This document shows positions 28,719 to 38,395 of a stretch of DNA of 64,000 bases, piece by piece. The stretch's first letter is position 1, and each line of letters starts with the position of its first letter. Position numbers and translations under genes: made by a program. The stretch lies in NCBI GenBank assembly GCA_963746535.1, contig CAVVBP010000012.1:448503-512502 (forward strand). Reading direction: 5' to 3'. A model generated the notes under the pieces. It worked only from the letters and a program-made list of their open reading frames with translations, ran no database searches and was not told the origin of the DNA. The DNA comes from Vicinamibacterales bacterium (lineage in GTDB: Bacteria > Acidobacteriota > Vicinamibacteria > Vicinamibacterales > JAMQPK01).

Positions 28719-29678
28719 ATGCGTGTGCGAAGCAAGGCGATTCTGGCCTCAACCGCCGTGGTCGCGACCGTGGCGTTGTCGGCATGTGGCCAGTTGGCAA
28801 ATCTCCAGGCGCGGAAAGCATTCAAAGACGCCAACACGGCTTACCAGGCTCAAAACTATACCGAGGCGGCCGCACGATACGCTGAGGTGATCTCGGATCC
28901 GCAGACCGCGGCCGATCCGAATCTGGTCCATGCCTATTTCTTCCTCGGCAACAGCTACGACAACCTCTACAAACCAGCGCGGAAGGGCGAGGCTGAAAAC
29001 GACGCGCTTCTGACCAAGGCGATCGAAAACTACAAGCTCGCCGCTGAAAAAGAAGCCGACCCGAAGATGAAGAAGCTGTCGATGGACTATCTGGTGGCCG
29101 CGTACGGCCCGGACAAGCTGAACGATCCCGTCGAAGCCGAAGGCATCGTGCAGAGGATGATCCAGCTCGATCCGAGCGACACGACGAACTACTTCGTCCT
29201 TGCTCAGATCTATGAGGACGCGGGCGAGCTCGAACAGGCCGAGGCCATGCTGCTGAAGGCCAAGGACGCGGCGCCGAAGCAACCTGTCGTCTACCAGCGG
29301 CTCGCCGGCTACTATCAGCGGCAGGCCGAGTTCGACAAGCTCATCGAAGCGGTCTCTCAGCGCGCGTTGCTCGAGCCGAACAACCCCGAAGCGCACCAGG
29401 CCATCGCGAGCTACTACTGGGACGAGGGATACCGCAATACCCGCCTCAACGAAACCCAGCGCCGGGAATACGCGACGAAGGGCCTCGAGGCGGTCGAGAA
29501 GGCGTTAGCCCTGAACCCCGACTACGTCGACGCGGTCGCATACAAGGGTCTGCTGCTTAGAAATCAGGCCGCTATCGAAAAAGATGCCGCACGGCAGAAG
29601 GCGATGCTCACCGAAGCGAATCAGCTTCAAGAGCGGGCCGCCGGCTTGAAGAAGAAGCAGGCTTCGGGGGCGAACTGA
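28719..29678 (+). CDS. TPR-repeat lipoprotein
   Basis: Lipobox LSAC after a signal peptide; repeated AY..LG / YF.LAQIY TPR-like helices. Confidence 0.85.
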   Translation: MRVRSKAILASTAVVATVALSACGQLANLQARKAFKDANTAYQAQNYTEAAARYAEVISDPQTAADPNLVHAYFFLGNSYDNLYKPARKGEAENDALLTKAIENYKLAAEKEADPKMKKLSMDYLVAAYGPDKLNDPVEAEGIVQRMIQLDPSDTTNYFVLAQIYEDAGELEQAEAMLLKAKDAAPKQPVVYQRLAGYYQRQAEFDKLIEAVSQRALLEPNNPEAHQAIASYYWDEGYRNTRLNETQRREYATKGLEAVEKALALNPDYVDAVAYKGLLLRNQAAIEKDAARQKAMLTEANQLQERAAGLKKKQASGAN

Positions 29679-29680
29679 TC

Positions 29681-29727
29681 AGGGCTTAGGGCTTAGGGCT
29701 TAAGGGCTCAGGGCTCAGGGCTCAGGG
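29681..29727 (+). repeat. heptamer tandem repeat AGGGCT(T/C), 7 GGG tracts
   Basis: agggctt x3, a, agggctc x3, aggg. Confidence 0.9.
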
Positions 29728-29737
29728 ACGTAGTTCC

Positions 29738-29774
29738 AGGCCGCTCAGTTGATGCTGGGCGGCCTTTTCTTTTT
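29738..29774 (+). terminator. Rho-independent terminator
   Basis: aggccgctcag/ctgggcggcct stem followed by ttttcttttt. Confidence 0.85.
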
Positions 29775-29804
29775 ACGCCTTCCTGCTCGACCAGTTTCCA
29801 AGGC

Positions 29805-30611
29805 ATGGACACTCGACGCTTCGGTTCGACCGGCCTCACCGTTCCTGCTGTTGGATTGGGCACGTGGCGCACGTTCGACGTACGAGGGGCAGCGGTCGAA
29901 GCCAATGCACACGCGACCATCGATCGGGCGCTGGCGTCAGGCGCCAACCTCGTCGATTCCTCACCGATGTATGGCGAAGCGGAGCGCGTCCTGGCCGATG
30001 CGTTGTCGTCGCGTCGCGCGAATGCAATCGTGGCCACGAAGGTGTGGGCGTCGTCGGCGCGCGAGGGGCGTCAGCAGGTCGATCGGGCCATGCGACTCTT
30101 CAACGGCGTCGTGGATATCTACCAGGTGCACAACCTCGTGAACTGGCGCGAGCATCTCGCGATGCTCGAGGCCGAGCGCGACGCTGGACGGGTTCGCGTC
30201 GTCGGCGCCACCCACTACAGTTCGAGCGCGTTTGGCGAGCTGGCGACCGTCATGAAGACGGGCCGCGTCGGCGCGATCCAGGTTCCCTACAACCCGCGTC
30301 AGCGCGAGGTCGAGCGCACGATCCTTCCGCTCGCCGCCGACCTCGGCCTGGGCGTCATCGTGATGCGGCCGTTCGGCGAAGGCAGCCTGCTGCGGCGCCC
30401 GCCGGCGCAGGGCGACCTCGAGCCGCTGCGCGCGTTCGGCGTGACGACCTGGGCACAGGCCCTGCTGAAGTGGATCTTGAGCGACCAGCGGTGCCACACG
30501 GCGATTCCTGCCACCTCCAGGCCCGAGCGCGCGACCGAGAACGCGACCGCGGGTGGCCCGCCCTGGCTCGGCGCGGCGGAACGGGACTACATCGGCAGGT
30601 TCTTCGCCTAG
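29805..30611 (+). CDS. aldo/keto reductase
   Basis: VGLGTW, DSSPMYG.AE, VATKV, DIYQVHNL and QVPYN motifs. Confidence 0.92.
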   Translation: MDTRRFGSTGLTVPAVGLGTWRTFDVRGAAVEANAHATIDRALASGANLVDSSPMYGEAERVLADALSSRRANAIVATKVWASSAREGRQQVDRAMRLFNGVVDIYQVHNLVNWREHLAMLEAERDAGRVRVVGATHYSSSAFGELATVMKTGRVGAIQVPYNPRQREVERTILPLAADLGLGVIVMRPFGEGSLLRRPPAQGDLEPLRAFGVTTWAQALLKWILSDQRCHTAIPATSRPERATENATAGGPPWLGAAERDYIGRFFA

Positions 30612-30633
30612 CAACGCACGGAAGTGAGGTACG

Positions 30634-30656
30634 GCAGGGCTAAAGCCCTGCGCCAC
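30634..30656. repeat. REP-like palindrome (GTGG-tagged on the minus strand)
   Basis: gcagggctaaagccctgc-gccac; same TAAA loop as the REP at 5737. Confidence 0.6.
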
Positions 30657-30660
30657 CAAC

Positions 30661-30731
<71 letters not shown>

Positions 30732-31211
30732 CTAGTTCCCCGTGACGCCTGCGGCCCTGCGCATGCCTTCGGTCACGATGCCGACCTTCTCGACGCCGGC
30801 GCCCTTGGCCGCGTCGATGACGGCGACGATTTCACCGTACCGCAGCGTCGGAGCGGCGGTGATGAACATCGTCTTTTCCTGGCGCTGCTCGAAGATGGTG
30901 CGCAGCCGCGTTTCGAGCTCGCCGAGGTTGGCAACCGGCTGTTTGTTGACCGACATGATACGGTCGGCCGACATCTCGAGCACGATCTGGCTGCTGTCGA
31001 CCTGCTGCTGCTGGGCCTGCTGCGTTTCCGCCGGCAGGTTGATGTCGAGGCCCTTCTGCGTCAGCGGCAGGGCGGCCATGAAGATGACGAGCAGCACGAG
31101 CAGCACGTCGATCATCGGCGTGACGTTCATGTCCGAGCTCGCCTGGAGGCTCTTCGATTTGACGTTGAGTTCCGCCCCGAAATGCTTGTGGGCGTGTCCG
31201 TGCTTGGTCAT
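30732..31211 (-). CDS. exbD: biopolymer transporter ExbD/TolR
   Basis: MNVTPMIDVLLVLL with the conserved TM Asp. Confidence 0.9.
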   Translation of the reverse strand: MTKHGHAHKHFGAELNVKSKSLQASSDMNVTPMIDVLLVLLVIFMAALPLTQKGLDINLPAETQQAQQQQVDSSQIVLEMSADRIMSVNKQPVANLGELETRLRTIFEQRQEKTMFITAAPTLRYGEIVAVIDAAKGAGVEKVGIVTEGMRRAAGVTGN

Positions 31212-31642
31212 TAGTTGCCTCCCATCGCACGCGCCTTCGGATCGGTGATGAGGCCCATGTCTTCGATTCCCGCCGCTCGAAGATTGTCCATCGTCTCCAT
31301 CACCGTGCCGTAGTCCACGTCCTGGTCGGCCTTGATGAGAACGACTTTTTCGGCCGAACTCGCGACGAGATCCGCGACTCGACTGCCGAGATCCGCCTGG
31401 CGGACGGGCACCGAGTTCAGGAAGATTTGCTTGTTGGCCTGAATACCGACGACCGTCTGCCCCTGGATCTCGGGCTTGTCGGTGGTATTTGCGGCCTGCG
31501 GCAGCTTCACGTCGACGCCCTTCTGGAGCATCGGCGCGACGAGCATCATGATGATCAACAGCACCAGCATGACGTCGACGAGCGGCGTCACGTTGATATC
31601 GGATTTGACGCCACCTTTTGCGCCGCCAACATCCATTGACAT
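31211..31642 (-). CDS. exbD: biopolymer transporter ExbD/TolR
   Basis: INVTPLVDVMLVLL; IKADQ.V.YG. Confidence 0.9.
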   Translation of the reverse strand: MSMDVGGAKGGVKSDINVTPLVDVMLVLLIIMMLVAPMLQKGVDVKLPQAANTTDKPEIQGQTVVGIQANKQIFLNSVPVRQADLGSRVADLVASSAEKVVLIKADQDVDYGTVMETMDNLRAAGIEDMGLITDPKARAMGGN

Positions 31643-31675
31643 AACGGTTACTCCTCTAACTTTGGATCGACTGAG

Positions 31676-31722
31676 CTGGGGATCTGAGAGATCTCCCGAT
31701 CTCTAGATCCTTAGATCTCCAG
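31676..31722. repeat. palindromic GATCT-unit array
   Basis: ctggggatct ... agatctccag with five GATC(T) units. Confidence 0.65.
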
Positions 31723-32406
31723 TTAAGCAGTCTTCTTGATGAAGTAGTCCACCAGCTCGGACGACGAGTTGTCCATCTCGACGTTGAAATACTCGATGCG
31801 GCCGGTGAGGTAGTTGTAGAACCACACCGCCGGAATCGCCACGAGCAGTCCAAGCGCGGTCTCGACGAGCGCTTCGGCAATACCGGCAGAGACGGCGCCG
31901 ATACCACCCGAGCCGGTCGACGCGATACCGGTGAAGGCGTTGATGACGCCGACGACCGTGCCGAGCAGTCCGACGAACGGCGCCGTCGCGCCGATGGTCG
32001 CGAGGGCGCTGACGCCCTTCTTCAGGTCGTTGGCGGTCAGTGCGGTCGCACGCTGAATCGAGCGGCGCACGGTGTCGAGCAGCTCCTCACGGCTGAGGCC
32101 GCCCGCGTTGTCCTGCTGGAACTGGTACTCCTGCAGGCCGGCGAGCACGACTTTCGCAAGGTGGCTGTAGCGATAGTTCTTGTTGGTCGAGATGGCGATG
32201 GCATCCTTCAGGCGGCCGTCCTTCAGGTGCTTCGCTACTTGCGGGGCGTAGATCTTCGACTGGTTCTTTGCCTGAATGAACGTGTAGATGCGCTCGACGG
32301 CGACGCCGATCGACCACATCGACATGAAGAAGAGAATCCAGGCCACGGCTTTCGCGACGAAGCCCATCTGACGCCACATTTCAATTAAGTCAAGTCCGCC
32401 TTCCAT
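31723..32406 (-). CDS. exbB: MotA/TolQ/ExbB proton channel
   Basis: LATIGATAPFVGLLGTVVG, GIAEALVETALGL and AIPAV motifs. Confidence 0.92.
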   Translation of the reverse strand: MEGGLDLIEMWRQMGFVAKAVAWILFFMSMWSIGVAVERIYTFIQAKNQSKIYAPQVAKHLKDGRLKDAIAISTNKNYRYSHLAKVVLAGLQEYQFQQDNAGGLSREELLDTVRRSIQRATALTANDLKKGVSALATIGATAPFVGLLGTVVGVINAFTGIASTGSGGIGAVSAGIAEALVETALGLLVAIPAVWFYNYLTGRIEYFNVEMDNSSSELVDYFIKKTA

Positions 32407-32472
32407 CGTCCGCTCCTTAAGTAAAGAGAAAAGTCCGTAGTGCCCGGCACCGGCCGGACCCGTGGGCGACTA

Positions 32473-33186
32473 CTACCGTAGAGTGAAATTCACGGTCACC
32501 GTCATGATGACCGGCACCGGCACGTTGTTCAACAGCGTCGGCGTGTACTGCCATTGCCTCACGGCTTCGATGGCCGCCGCGTCGAGCAGCGGAATCGAAC
32601 GCAGGACGCGCACGTCCTGCACCTTGCCGTCGGGGCCGATGGTCGCTTCGAGAATCACGACGCCCTGCACGCGCGCCGACTGTGCGATCGGCGGGTACAC
32701 CGGACTCTGATCTCTGACTTTCTTCGGGGGCTGAATGGCGCCGCCGACTCGAACGGGAGCCGGGGGCGGCGGGGGGGGTGGAGGGGCTTCGGGCACGCCG
32801 CCGGGAATACCACCGACGACACCGCCGATATCGCCCGAGACCGTCGCGACGCGCTCCTGTGAGACGTCGAGACCGGTTTCAGGCTTGATGTCCGAAGGCG
32901 CCTGCACCGGTGCGGCCGACGGATTCACTTCCATGACCGGTTTCGGCGCCGCGGCCTGCGGCGGCGGCGGTGGTGGTGGTGGCGGCGGCGGCGGAGGTGG
33001 CGCTGCCACGAACGCGCCCATCATCTCCGGCGGCGTCGGCAAGACGTCGGCCGCCAGGAGGGGTATCACAATCAATACACCGATGACTGCCACGTGCGCC
33101 AGGATCGACAGCGGGAGCGTGTACCACTGCTTGCTCCCCACGGTGATCGAGGGTTTCACGACGTCACCGAACATCTCGCGTGCCAC
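32473..33186 (-). CDS. tonB: energy transducer TonB
   Basis: GTG start 6 nt after AGGAGG; TM helix, poly-Pro linker, YPPIA..VQGVV C-terminal domain. Confidence 0.9.
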   Translation of the reverse strand: MAREMFGDVVKPSITVGSKQWYTLPLSILAHVAVIGVLIVIPLLAADVLPTPPEMMGAFVAAPPPPPPPPPPPPPPQAAAPKPVMEVNPSAAPVQAPSDIKPETGLDVSQERVATVSGDIGGVVGGIPGGVPEAPPPPPPPPAPVRVGGAIQPPKKVRDQSPVYPPIAQSARVQGVVILEATIGPDGKVQDVRVLRSIPLLDAAAIEAVRQWQYTPTLLNNVPVPVIMTVTVNFTLR

Positions 33187-33220
33187 GTCAATCCTCCTGC
33201 CGAAAGTTGAAGGGTCGGCG

Positions 33221-33250
33221 ATTATCCAACGTCCCAAAAACGAGTGTCAA
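33221..33250 (-). promoter_or_regulatory. proximal sigma70 promoter of the tonB operon
   Basis: TTGACA-18 nt-GATAAT. Confidence 0.55.
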
Positions 33251-33395
33251 TTAAACGGGGCACTCGGATTAGACACCGCAATTGGGATTATGGTCCGCGC
33301 CATCCCCGTCCGCCCGCCCGGATGCCCTCGGCACGAAAGGCGGCGAACTTGAGGGGATCACCCAAAATATCCAGCCGTTTTAGGAAAACCCGCGA

Positions 33396-33424
33396 ATCAT
33401 ATGACCCGGTACTGGCAATGTCAA
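33396..33424 (-). promoter_or_regulatory. distal sigma70 promoter upstream of tonB
   Basis: TTGACA-17 nt-TATGAT. Confidence 0.7.
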
Positions 33425-33486
33425 CCCGCAAAACGGGTGAGTTTGCCGTACAAATCCGCCGGTTTCAGCGATTTGTCACAATCCGG

Positions 33487-35922
33487 TCACGCGGCGCCGC
33501 CCGACTTGATCCGCATGGCGTAAAACGACCGCCAGACGAACACCAGCGAGGCGCCCAGGAACAGCGCGGAGAGGAACCGGGTGACTCCCGGCCCTTGATT
33601 TGCAGTCAGTTGGACCGCCAGCTCGACCGCCAGCAGCCCGAAGAGCGTCGTGAACTTGATGATGGGGTTCATGGCCACCGATGAGGTGTCCTTGAACGGA
33701 TCGCCGACGGTGTCGCCGACGACGGTGGCGGCGTGGAGCGGCGTCCCTTTCTCCTTCAGCTCGACTTCGACGACCTTTTTCGCGTTATCCCAGGCCCCGC
33801 CGGCGTTGGCCATGAAGATCGCCTGGAACAATCCGAAGAGCGCGATCGAAATCAGATAGCCGATGAAGAAGTACGGCTCGAGGAACGCAAACGCCAGCGT
33901 CGAGAAGAACACGGCCAGGAAGATGTTGAACATCCCTTTCTGCGCGTACTGCGTACAGATCTCGACCACGCGCTTGCTGTCGGCGACCGACGCCTTCTCG
34001 ACACCGTCCAGCTTGATGTTCGCCTTGATGAACTCCACCGCGCGATAGGCGCCGGTCGTCACGGCCTGCGTCGACGCACCCGTGAACCAGTAGATGACCG
34101 CGCCGCCCGTGATCAATCCCAGGAGAAACGGCGCGTGCAGGATCGACAGCTTCTCTACGTTTTGGGTCAGCCCGGCGGTCAGCAGCACGACGATCGAAAA
34201 AATCATCGTCGTCGAACCAACGACGGCGGTGCCGATGAGCACGGGCTTGGCGGTGGCCTTGAAGGTATTGCCGGCACCGTCGTTCTCTTCGAGCAGGTGC
34301 TTGGCGGTCGCGAAGTCGGGCGTGAAGCCGTAGTCGCGCTTGATCTCCTCCTTGATGCCCGGCAGCTGTTCGATGACCGACAGCTCGAAGACCGACTGCG
34401 CGTTGTCGGTGACGGGTCCGTACGAGTCGACCGCAATCGTCACCGGACCCATGCCGAGAAAGCCGAACGCCACGAGGCCGAACGCGAACACCGGCGCGGC
34501 GATCATCAGCGCGTCGAAGCCCATCAGGCTCACCAGGTAGGCCATGCCCATGAGCGACACGATGCTCAATCCCAGCCAGTAGGCGCTGAAGTTGCCCGCA
34601 ACCAGGCCCGCCAGGATGTTGAGCGACGCGCCGCCCTCGCGCGACGAGATCACGACCTCTTTCACGTGGGCCGACTCGGTGGAGGTGAAGAGCTTCACGA
34701 GCTCGGGAATGATGGCGCCGGCCAGGGTGCCGCACGTGATGACGGTGGAGAGCTTCCACCACATCGTGCCGTCGCCGAGCCCGGGGATGAGGAGGTACGA
34801 AATCAGGTAGGTGAGCGCCACCGACACGATCGAGGTCAGCCACACCAGCGAGGTGAGCGGCGCCTCGAAGTTCATCTTCGTGGCGTTCAGGTACTTGCCG
34901 CGCACCATGATGTTGTTGAGCAGGTACGACAGGCCGCTGGCGACCACCATCATCGCGCGAATCATGAAGATCCACACGAGCAGCTGCACCTGCACGGTCT
35001 CGTCGGCGACCGCCGTCAGGATGAACGTGATCAGCGCGACGCCGGTGACGCCGTAGGTCTCGAACCCGTCGGCGCTCGGACCTACCGAATCACCCGCGTT
35101 GTCGCCCGTGCAGTCGGCGATGACGCCGGGATTGCGCGCGTCGTCCTCCTTGATGTTGAAGACGATCTTCATCAGATCCGCGCCGATGTCGGCGATCTTC
35201 GTGAAAATGCCGCCGGCGATACGCAGCGCCGAGGCGCCGAGCGACTCGCCGATCGCGAACCCCAGGAAGCACGAGCCCGCCAGGTCGCGCGGGATCCACA
35301 GGAGGATGCAGAGCATGATGAAGAGCTCGACGCTGATGAGCAGCATGCCGATGCTCATGCCGGCCTCGAGCGGAATCGCCATCAGCGGGAACGGCTTCCC
35401 TCTCAGGCTCGCGAACGCCGTGCGCGAATTCGCGAACGTGTTGACGCGGATGCCGAACCACGCGACGCCGTAGCTGCCGCCGATGCCGACGAGGCTGAAC
35501 AGCAGGATGATGAACACGCGCGACAGCGGGAAGTGGAGGATCAGGCCGAAGTACAGCGCGATGATCAACCCCACGAACACCTCGAGAATCAGGATGAACC
35601 GCCCCTGCGTCTTGAGATACGTCTTGCAGGTCTCGTAGATGAGCTCCGACACCTCGAGCATCGAACGATGCACGGGCAGCTTCTGCAGCCTCGAGTAGGA
35701 AACGAGACCGAAGAACAGTCCGAGCACGCAGACCCCGACGCCCAGCACCAGCAGCGTTCTCGAGTTGTAGCCGAGCATGCTGACCTGGCCGAGGTCGGGC
35801 AGCACGAGGCTCGCCTCGCCACCACCCGCGTGGGCCGGCGCCGCGTCGGGCTGCTGCCTGGCCGAGGCTTCCGTCGCCATCGCCAGGACGGCGAACAGAG
35901 CTAGGACGAACCACTTCATCAT
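33487..35922 (-). CDS. hppA: membrane pyrophosphatase, probably K+-independent H+-pumping
   Basis: GGIFTKIADIGADL, EDDARNP, DNAGD, GNTFKATAK (Lys at the K+-determinant position) and GDTVGDPFKD. Confidence 0.92.
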   Translation of the reverse strand: MMKWFVLALFAVLAMATEASARQQPDAAPAHAGGGEASLVLPDLGQVSMLGYNSRTLLVLGVGVCVLGLFFGLVSYSRLQKLPVHRSMLEVSELIYETCKTYLKTQGRFILILEVFVGLIIALYFGLILHFPLSRVFIILLFSLVGIGGSYGVAWFGIRVNTFANSRTAFASLRGKPFPLMAIPLEAGMSIGMLLISVELFIMLCILLWIPRDLAGSCFLGFAIGESLGASALRIAGGIFTKIADIGADLMKIVFNIKEDDARNPGVIADCTGDNAGDSVGPSADGFETYGVTGVALITFILTAVADETVQVQLLVWIFMIRAMMVVASGLSYLLNNIMVRGKYLNATKMNFEAPLTSLVWLTSIVSVALTYLISYLLIPGLGDGTMWWKLSTVITCGTLAGAIIPELVKLFTSTESAHVKEVVISSREGGASLNILAGLVAGNFSAYWLGLSIVSLMGMAYLVSLMGFDALMIAAPVFAFGLVAFGFLGMGPVTIAVDSYGPVTDNAQSVFELSVIEQLPGIKEEIKRDYGFTPDFATAKHLLEENDGAGNTFKATAKPVLIGTAVVGSTTMIFSIVVLLTAGLTQNVEKLSILHAPFLLGLITGGAVIYWFTGASTQAVTTGAYRAVEFIKANIKLDGVEKASVADSKRVVEICTQYAQKGMFNIFLAVFFSTLAFAFLEPYFFIGYLISIALFGLFQAIFMANAGGAWDNAKKVVEVELKEKGTPLHAATVVGDTVGDPFKDTSSVAMNPIIKFTTLFGLLAVELAVQLTANQGPGVTRFLSALFLGASLVFVWRSFYAMRIKSGGAA

Positions 35923-36549
35923 GATCTCCCCGTCACGTTATCAACGCTCTTGTCGGCAAGGCGAGGCGGCAGCGTCATGCCGCCGGTGAGGAAGACGCGA
36001 ATCCCGTCCTCGACACTGATGTCCGGAAAGAACGCGTGCTCGCGCCGGCAAATGACCACGTCACCGAGATAGAGATGATTGGTAGGAACATAGACGGCGA
36101 TGAGCGATTCGGTCTGGCCGGCCGACTGGATGGAAAACTCCTTGGTTAGAAATCCAAGTATATAGCCCCGCGACTCCGTTCGAATCATCACCACGCGCTT
36201 GAACCCGTATTGGTTATCGGGCGAAAAGGCCAGGACCAGTTGCTTGACCGGGGCATACACTGTCCGAAATACCGGAATACGCAGGAGATACCCTTCGGCA
36301 CGCTGGAGCACACGCTTGCCCAGCACGTTGGTGGCCACGACGCCCACGAGCAGGATCACCACCGCGGTCGTGATGATGCCCAGGCCCCGCGGCACCTCCT
36401 GGTCGCCCGTCGTGAAATAGCGCTGGTAGAGCGGATCTCGTGAACCCGTCCACGACGTCGAATACCCAGACCAGCGCCACGAAGCTGATGACGAGGGGCA
36501 CCAGGACGAAAAACCCCGTGACGAACCGCCTGCGCAGCCAGTAAATCAT
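35919..36549 (-). CDS. DUF502-family membrane protein (one +1 frameshift near 36437 as given)
   Basis: N-terminus ..RRRFVTGFFVLVPL; C-terminal part RIPVFRTVY..VKQL, YILGFLT and VYVPT; 631 nt = 210 codons +1. Confidence 0.75.
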
Positions 36550-37352
36550 CCCCGCACCCATCCGGCCCAGATGCCGGCACCCAGCGCCAGGCCGAGCGCG
36601 ATGCGGTACCACGCGAAGGGCGCGAAACCCGCCCGCCGCACGAAGCCGAGGAACGGTTTGATGATGAGAAGCGATGAGAGGAACGCCATCGTGAAGCCGA
36701 CGAGAATTTCCAGGGCACGCGCGCTCGTCAAGTGGCTGCGCACTTCGAGGAACTCGTGGGCCGACGCCGCAAACATGGTGGGAATCGCCACGAAGAACGA
36801 GAACTCCGCCGCCGCGGCGCGGTCGAGGCGCATCGCCAGCCCGCCGATGATCGTGGCCCCCGAGCGCGAGACGCCGGGCACGAGCGCCAGCATCTGGCAC
36901 AGGCCGACCCCGAACGCACGCGAAAGGGGCGTGCGCTCGGCGTCGAGCACGACGGGTACTGGCCGCAGGCGTTCGACCAGCAGCATCACGATGCCGCCGG
37001 CGATGAACGCGCCGGCAAAGACCGACGGGCTCTTGTAGAGGACGGACTGAATGTAATCGGCAAAGAGCGCGCCCGCGACCAGGACGGGAATCGTCGCGAT
37101 GATGACGGCCACCGCGAAATGCCGTGCCTCGGCGCTGGTCGAAAGCTCCGACAGCACCGCGACGATCTTCTGGCGGTAGAGCCAGACGACCGCGAAGATG
37201 GATCCCAGCTGGATCATGACGGTAAAGACCCCGCCTGGATCCTCGTGGCCGATCGCGTCGCCGACGAGCAGCAGGTGCGCGGTCGACGAAACAGGCAGAA
37301 ACTCGGTGATCCCCTGTACGAGTCCGAGCAGCGCCGCAGCTAAGAGCGTCAC
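36546..37352 (-). CDS. uppP: undecaprenyl-diphosphate phosphatase
   Basis: GLVQGITEFLPVSSTAH, IQLGS, PGVSRSGATI and AEFSF motifs. Confidence 0.95.
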   Translation of the reverse strand: MTLLAAALLGLVQGITEFLPVSSTAHLLLVGDAIGHEDPGGVFTVMIQLGSIFAVVWLYRQKIVAVLSELSTSAEARHFAVAVIIATIPVLVAGALFADYIQSVLYKSPSVFAGAFIAGGIVMLLVERLRPVPVVLDAERTPLSRAFGVGLCQMLALVPGVSRSGATIIGGLAMRLDRAAAAEFSFFVAIPTMFAASAHEFLEVRSHLTSARALEILVGFTMAFLSSLLIIKPFLGFVRRAGFAPFAWYRIALGLALGAGIWAGWVRG

Positions 37353-37370
37353 GAAGAACGGTAGAGCGTG

Positions 37371-38393
37371 TTAGGTCGCGCGGGCCTTGCGCTGCGACTT
37401 CGATTTGCGGGACGGCTGCTCGAGCGCGCCGGCGGCGGCACTCTCACCTTTCGCCCGCGCGCCGGACGCATCGTCCGCAACCGCGCGCGCCGGGGCGGCC
37501 GACGGCTTGCGGCTGAGCATGATCGCGAGCGACGGCGCGATGAACCAGCCGGAATAGGTCGTCGCAATCGTGCCGGCCAGCATCGTGAACGCGAACCCTT
37601 CGAGCACTTCTCCGCCGAAGAGGTACAGCGCCATGACCGAGATGAAGACCGTGCCCGAGGTGATGAGCGTCCGGGTAAGCGTCTGATTCAGGCTGGTGTT
37701 GATGGCCGTCTCCAGCGGCTCGCGCTTCTGCAGCCGCGTGTTCTCGCGGACGCGATCAAAGATGACGATCATGTCGTTCATCGAGTAGCCGACCATCGTC
37801 AGCATCGCCGCGATCACGTTGAGCGACATCTCGTAGCCGAAGAACGCGAGCAACGCGAGCGTGACGAACACGTCGTGGAACGTCGCGATGATCGACCCGA
37901 GCGCGAACGAGACGCGGAAGCGAAAGGCAATCCAGGCGGTGATGCCCAGCATCGACAGCAGCGTGGCGTAAATCGCCTGCCGCCGCAGCTCGGCGCCGAC
38001 GGTGGGCCCGACAATCTCGGTGCCTTCGATTTTGAAAGCCGGCATGCTGGCGGCCTTCAGCAGTTGATCGACTTTGGGTACGTCGGCCGACAGATTGCCC
38101 GCTTCCTCCGCCTGCTGCGTCTGCGGCAACCGGATGAGCATCTGATTCGATTCGGGTTCGCCGTACTTCTGAACTTCGAATGGAATCGACTGCAACGCGG
38201 TGCGGATCTGATCTTCGGAGACCGGCGCGGTGAACCTGATGATCAGGTTCGTGCCGCCCGAGAACTCGACGCCGAGCGGGATGCCCCGCGTCAGAATGAC
38301 GAAGAAGCCGGCGCCGATGACGAGGGCCGAGAGCGCCATCGCCTGCCAGCGCCAGCGGAGGAAGTTGAAGTTCGTGTTCTTGAAAATATGCAT
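37371..38393 (-). CDS. secF: protein translocase subunit SecF
   Basis: GVEFSGG, VGPTVG.EL, HDV, GYSMND.IVIFDRVREN and TLTRT motifs. Confidence 0.95.
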   Translation of the reverse strand: MHIFKNTNFNFLRWRWQAMALSALVIGAGFFVILTRGIPLGVEFSGGTNLIIRFTAPVSEDQIRTALQSIPFEVQKYGEPESNQMLIRLPQTQQAEEAGNLSADVPKVDQLLKAASMPAFKIEGTEIVGPTVGAELRRQAIYATLLSMLGITAWIAFRFRVSFALGSIIATFHDVFVTLALLAFFGYEMSLNVIAAMLTMVGYSMNDMIVIFDRVRENTRLQKREPLETAINTSLNQTLTRTLITSGTVFISVMALYLFGGEVLEGFAFTMLAGTIATTYSGWFIAPSLAIMLSRKPSAAPARAVADDASGARAKGESAAAGALEQPSRKSKSQRKARAT

Positions 38394-38395
38394 GG

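Noticed and set aside
29681-29727. Eukaryotic telomere contamination
   Set aside because: Only 47 bp, embedded between a bacterial stop codon and its terminator in continuous bacterial sequence.
32955-33002. GGC/GGT trinucleotide run
   Set aside because: Encodes the normal poly-proline linker of TonB.
33252-33292. CGGUG..AAUCCG..CCCCG on the minus strand resembling a cobalamin riboswitch
   Set aside because: Lacks the upstream GGGAA and the downstream B12-box (GCxACUG).
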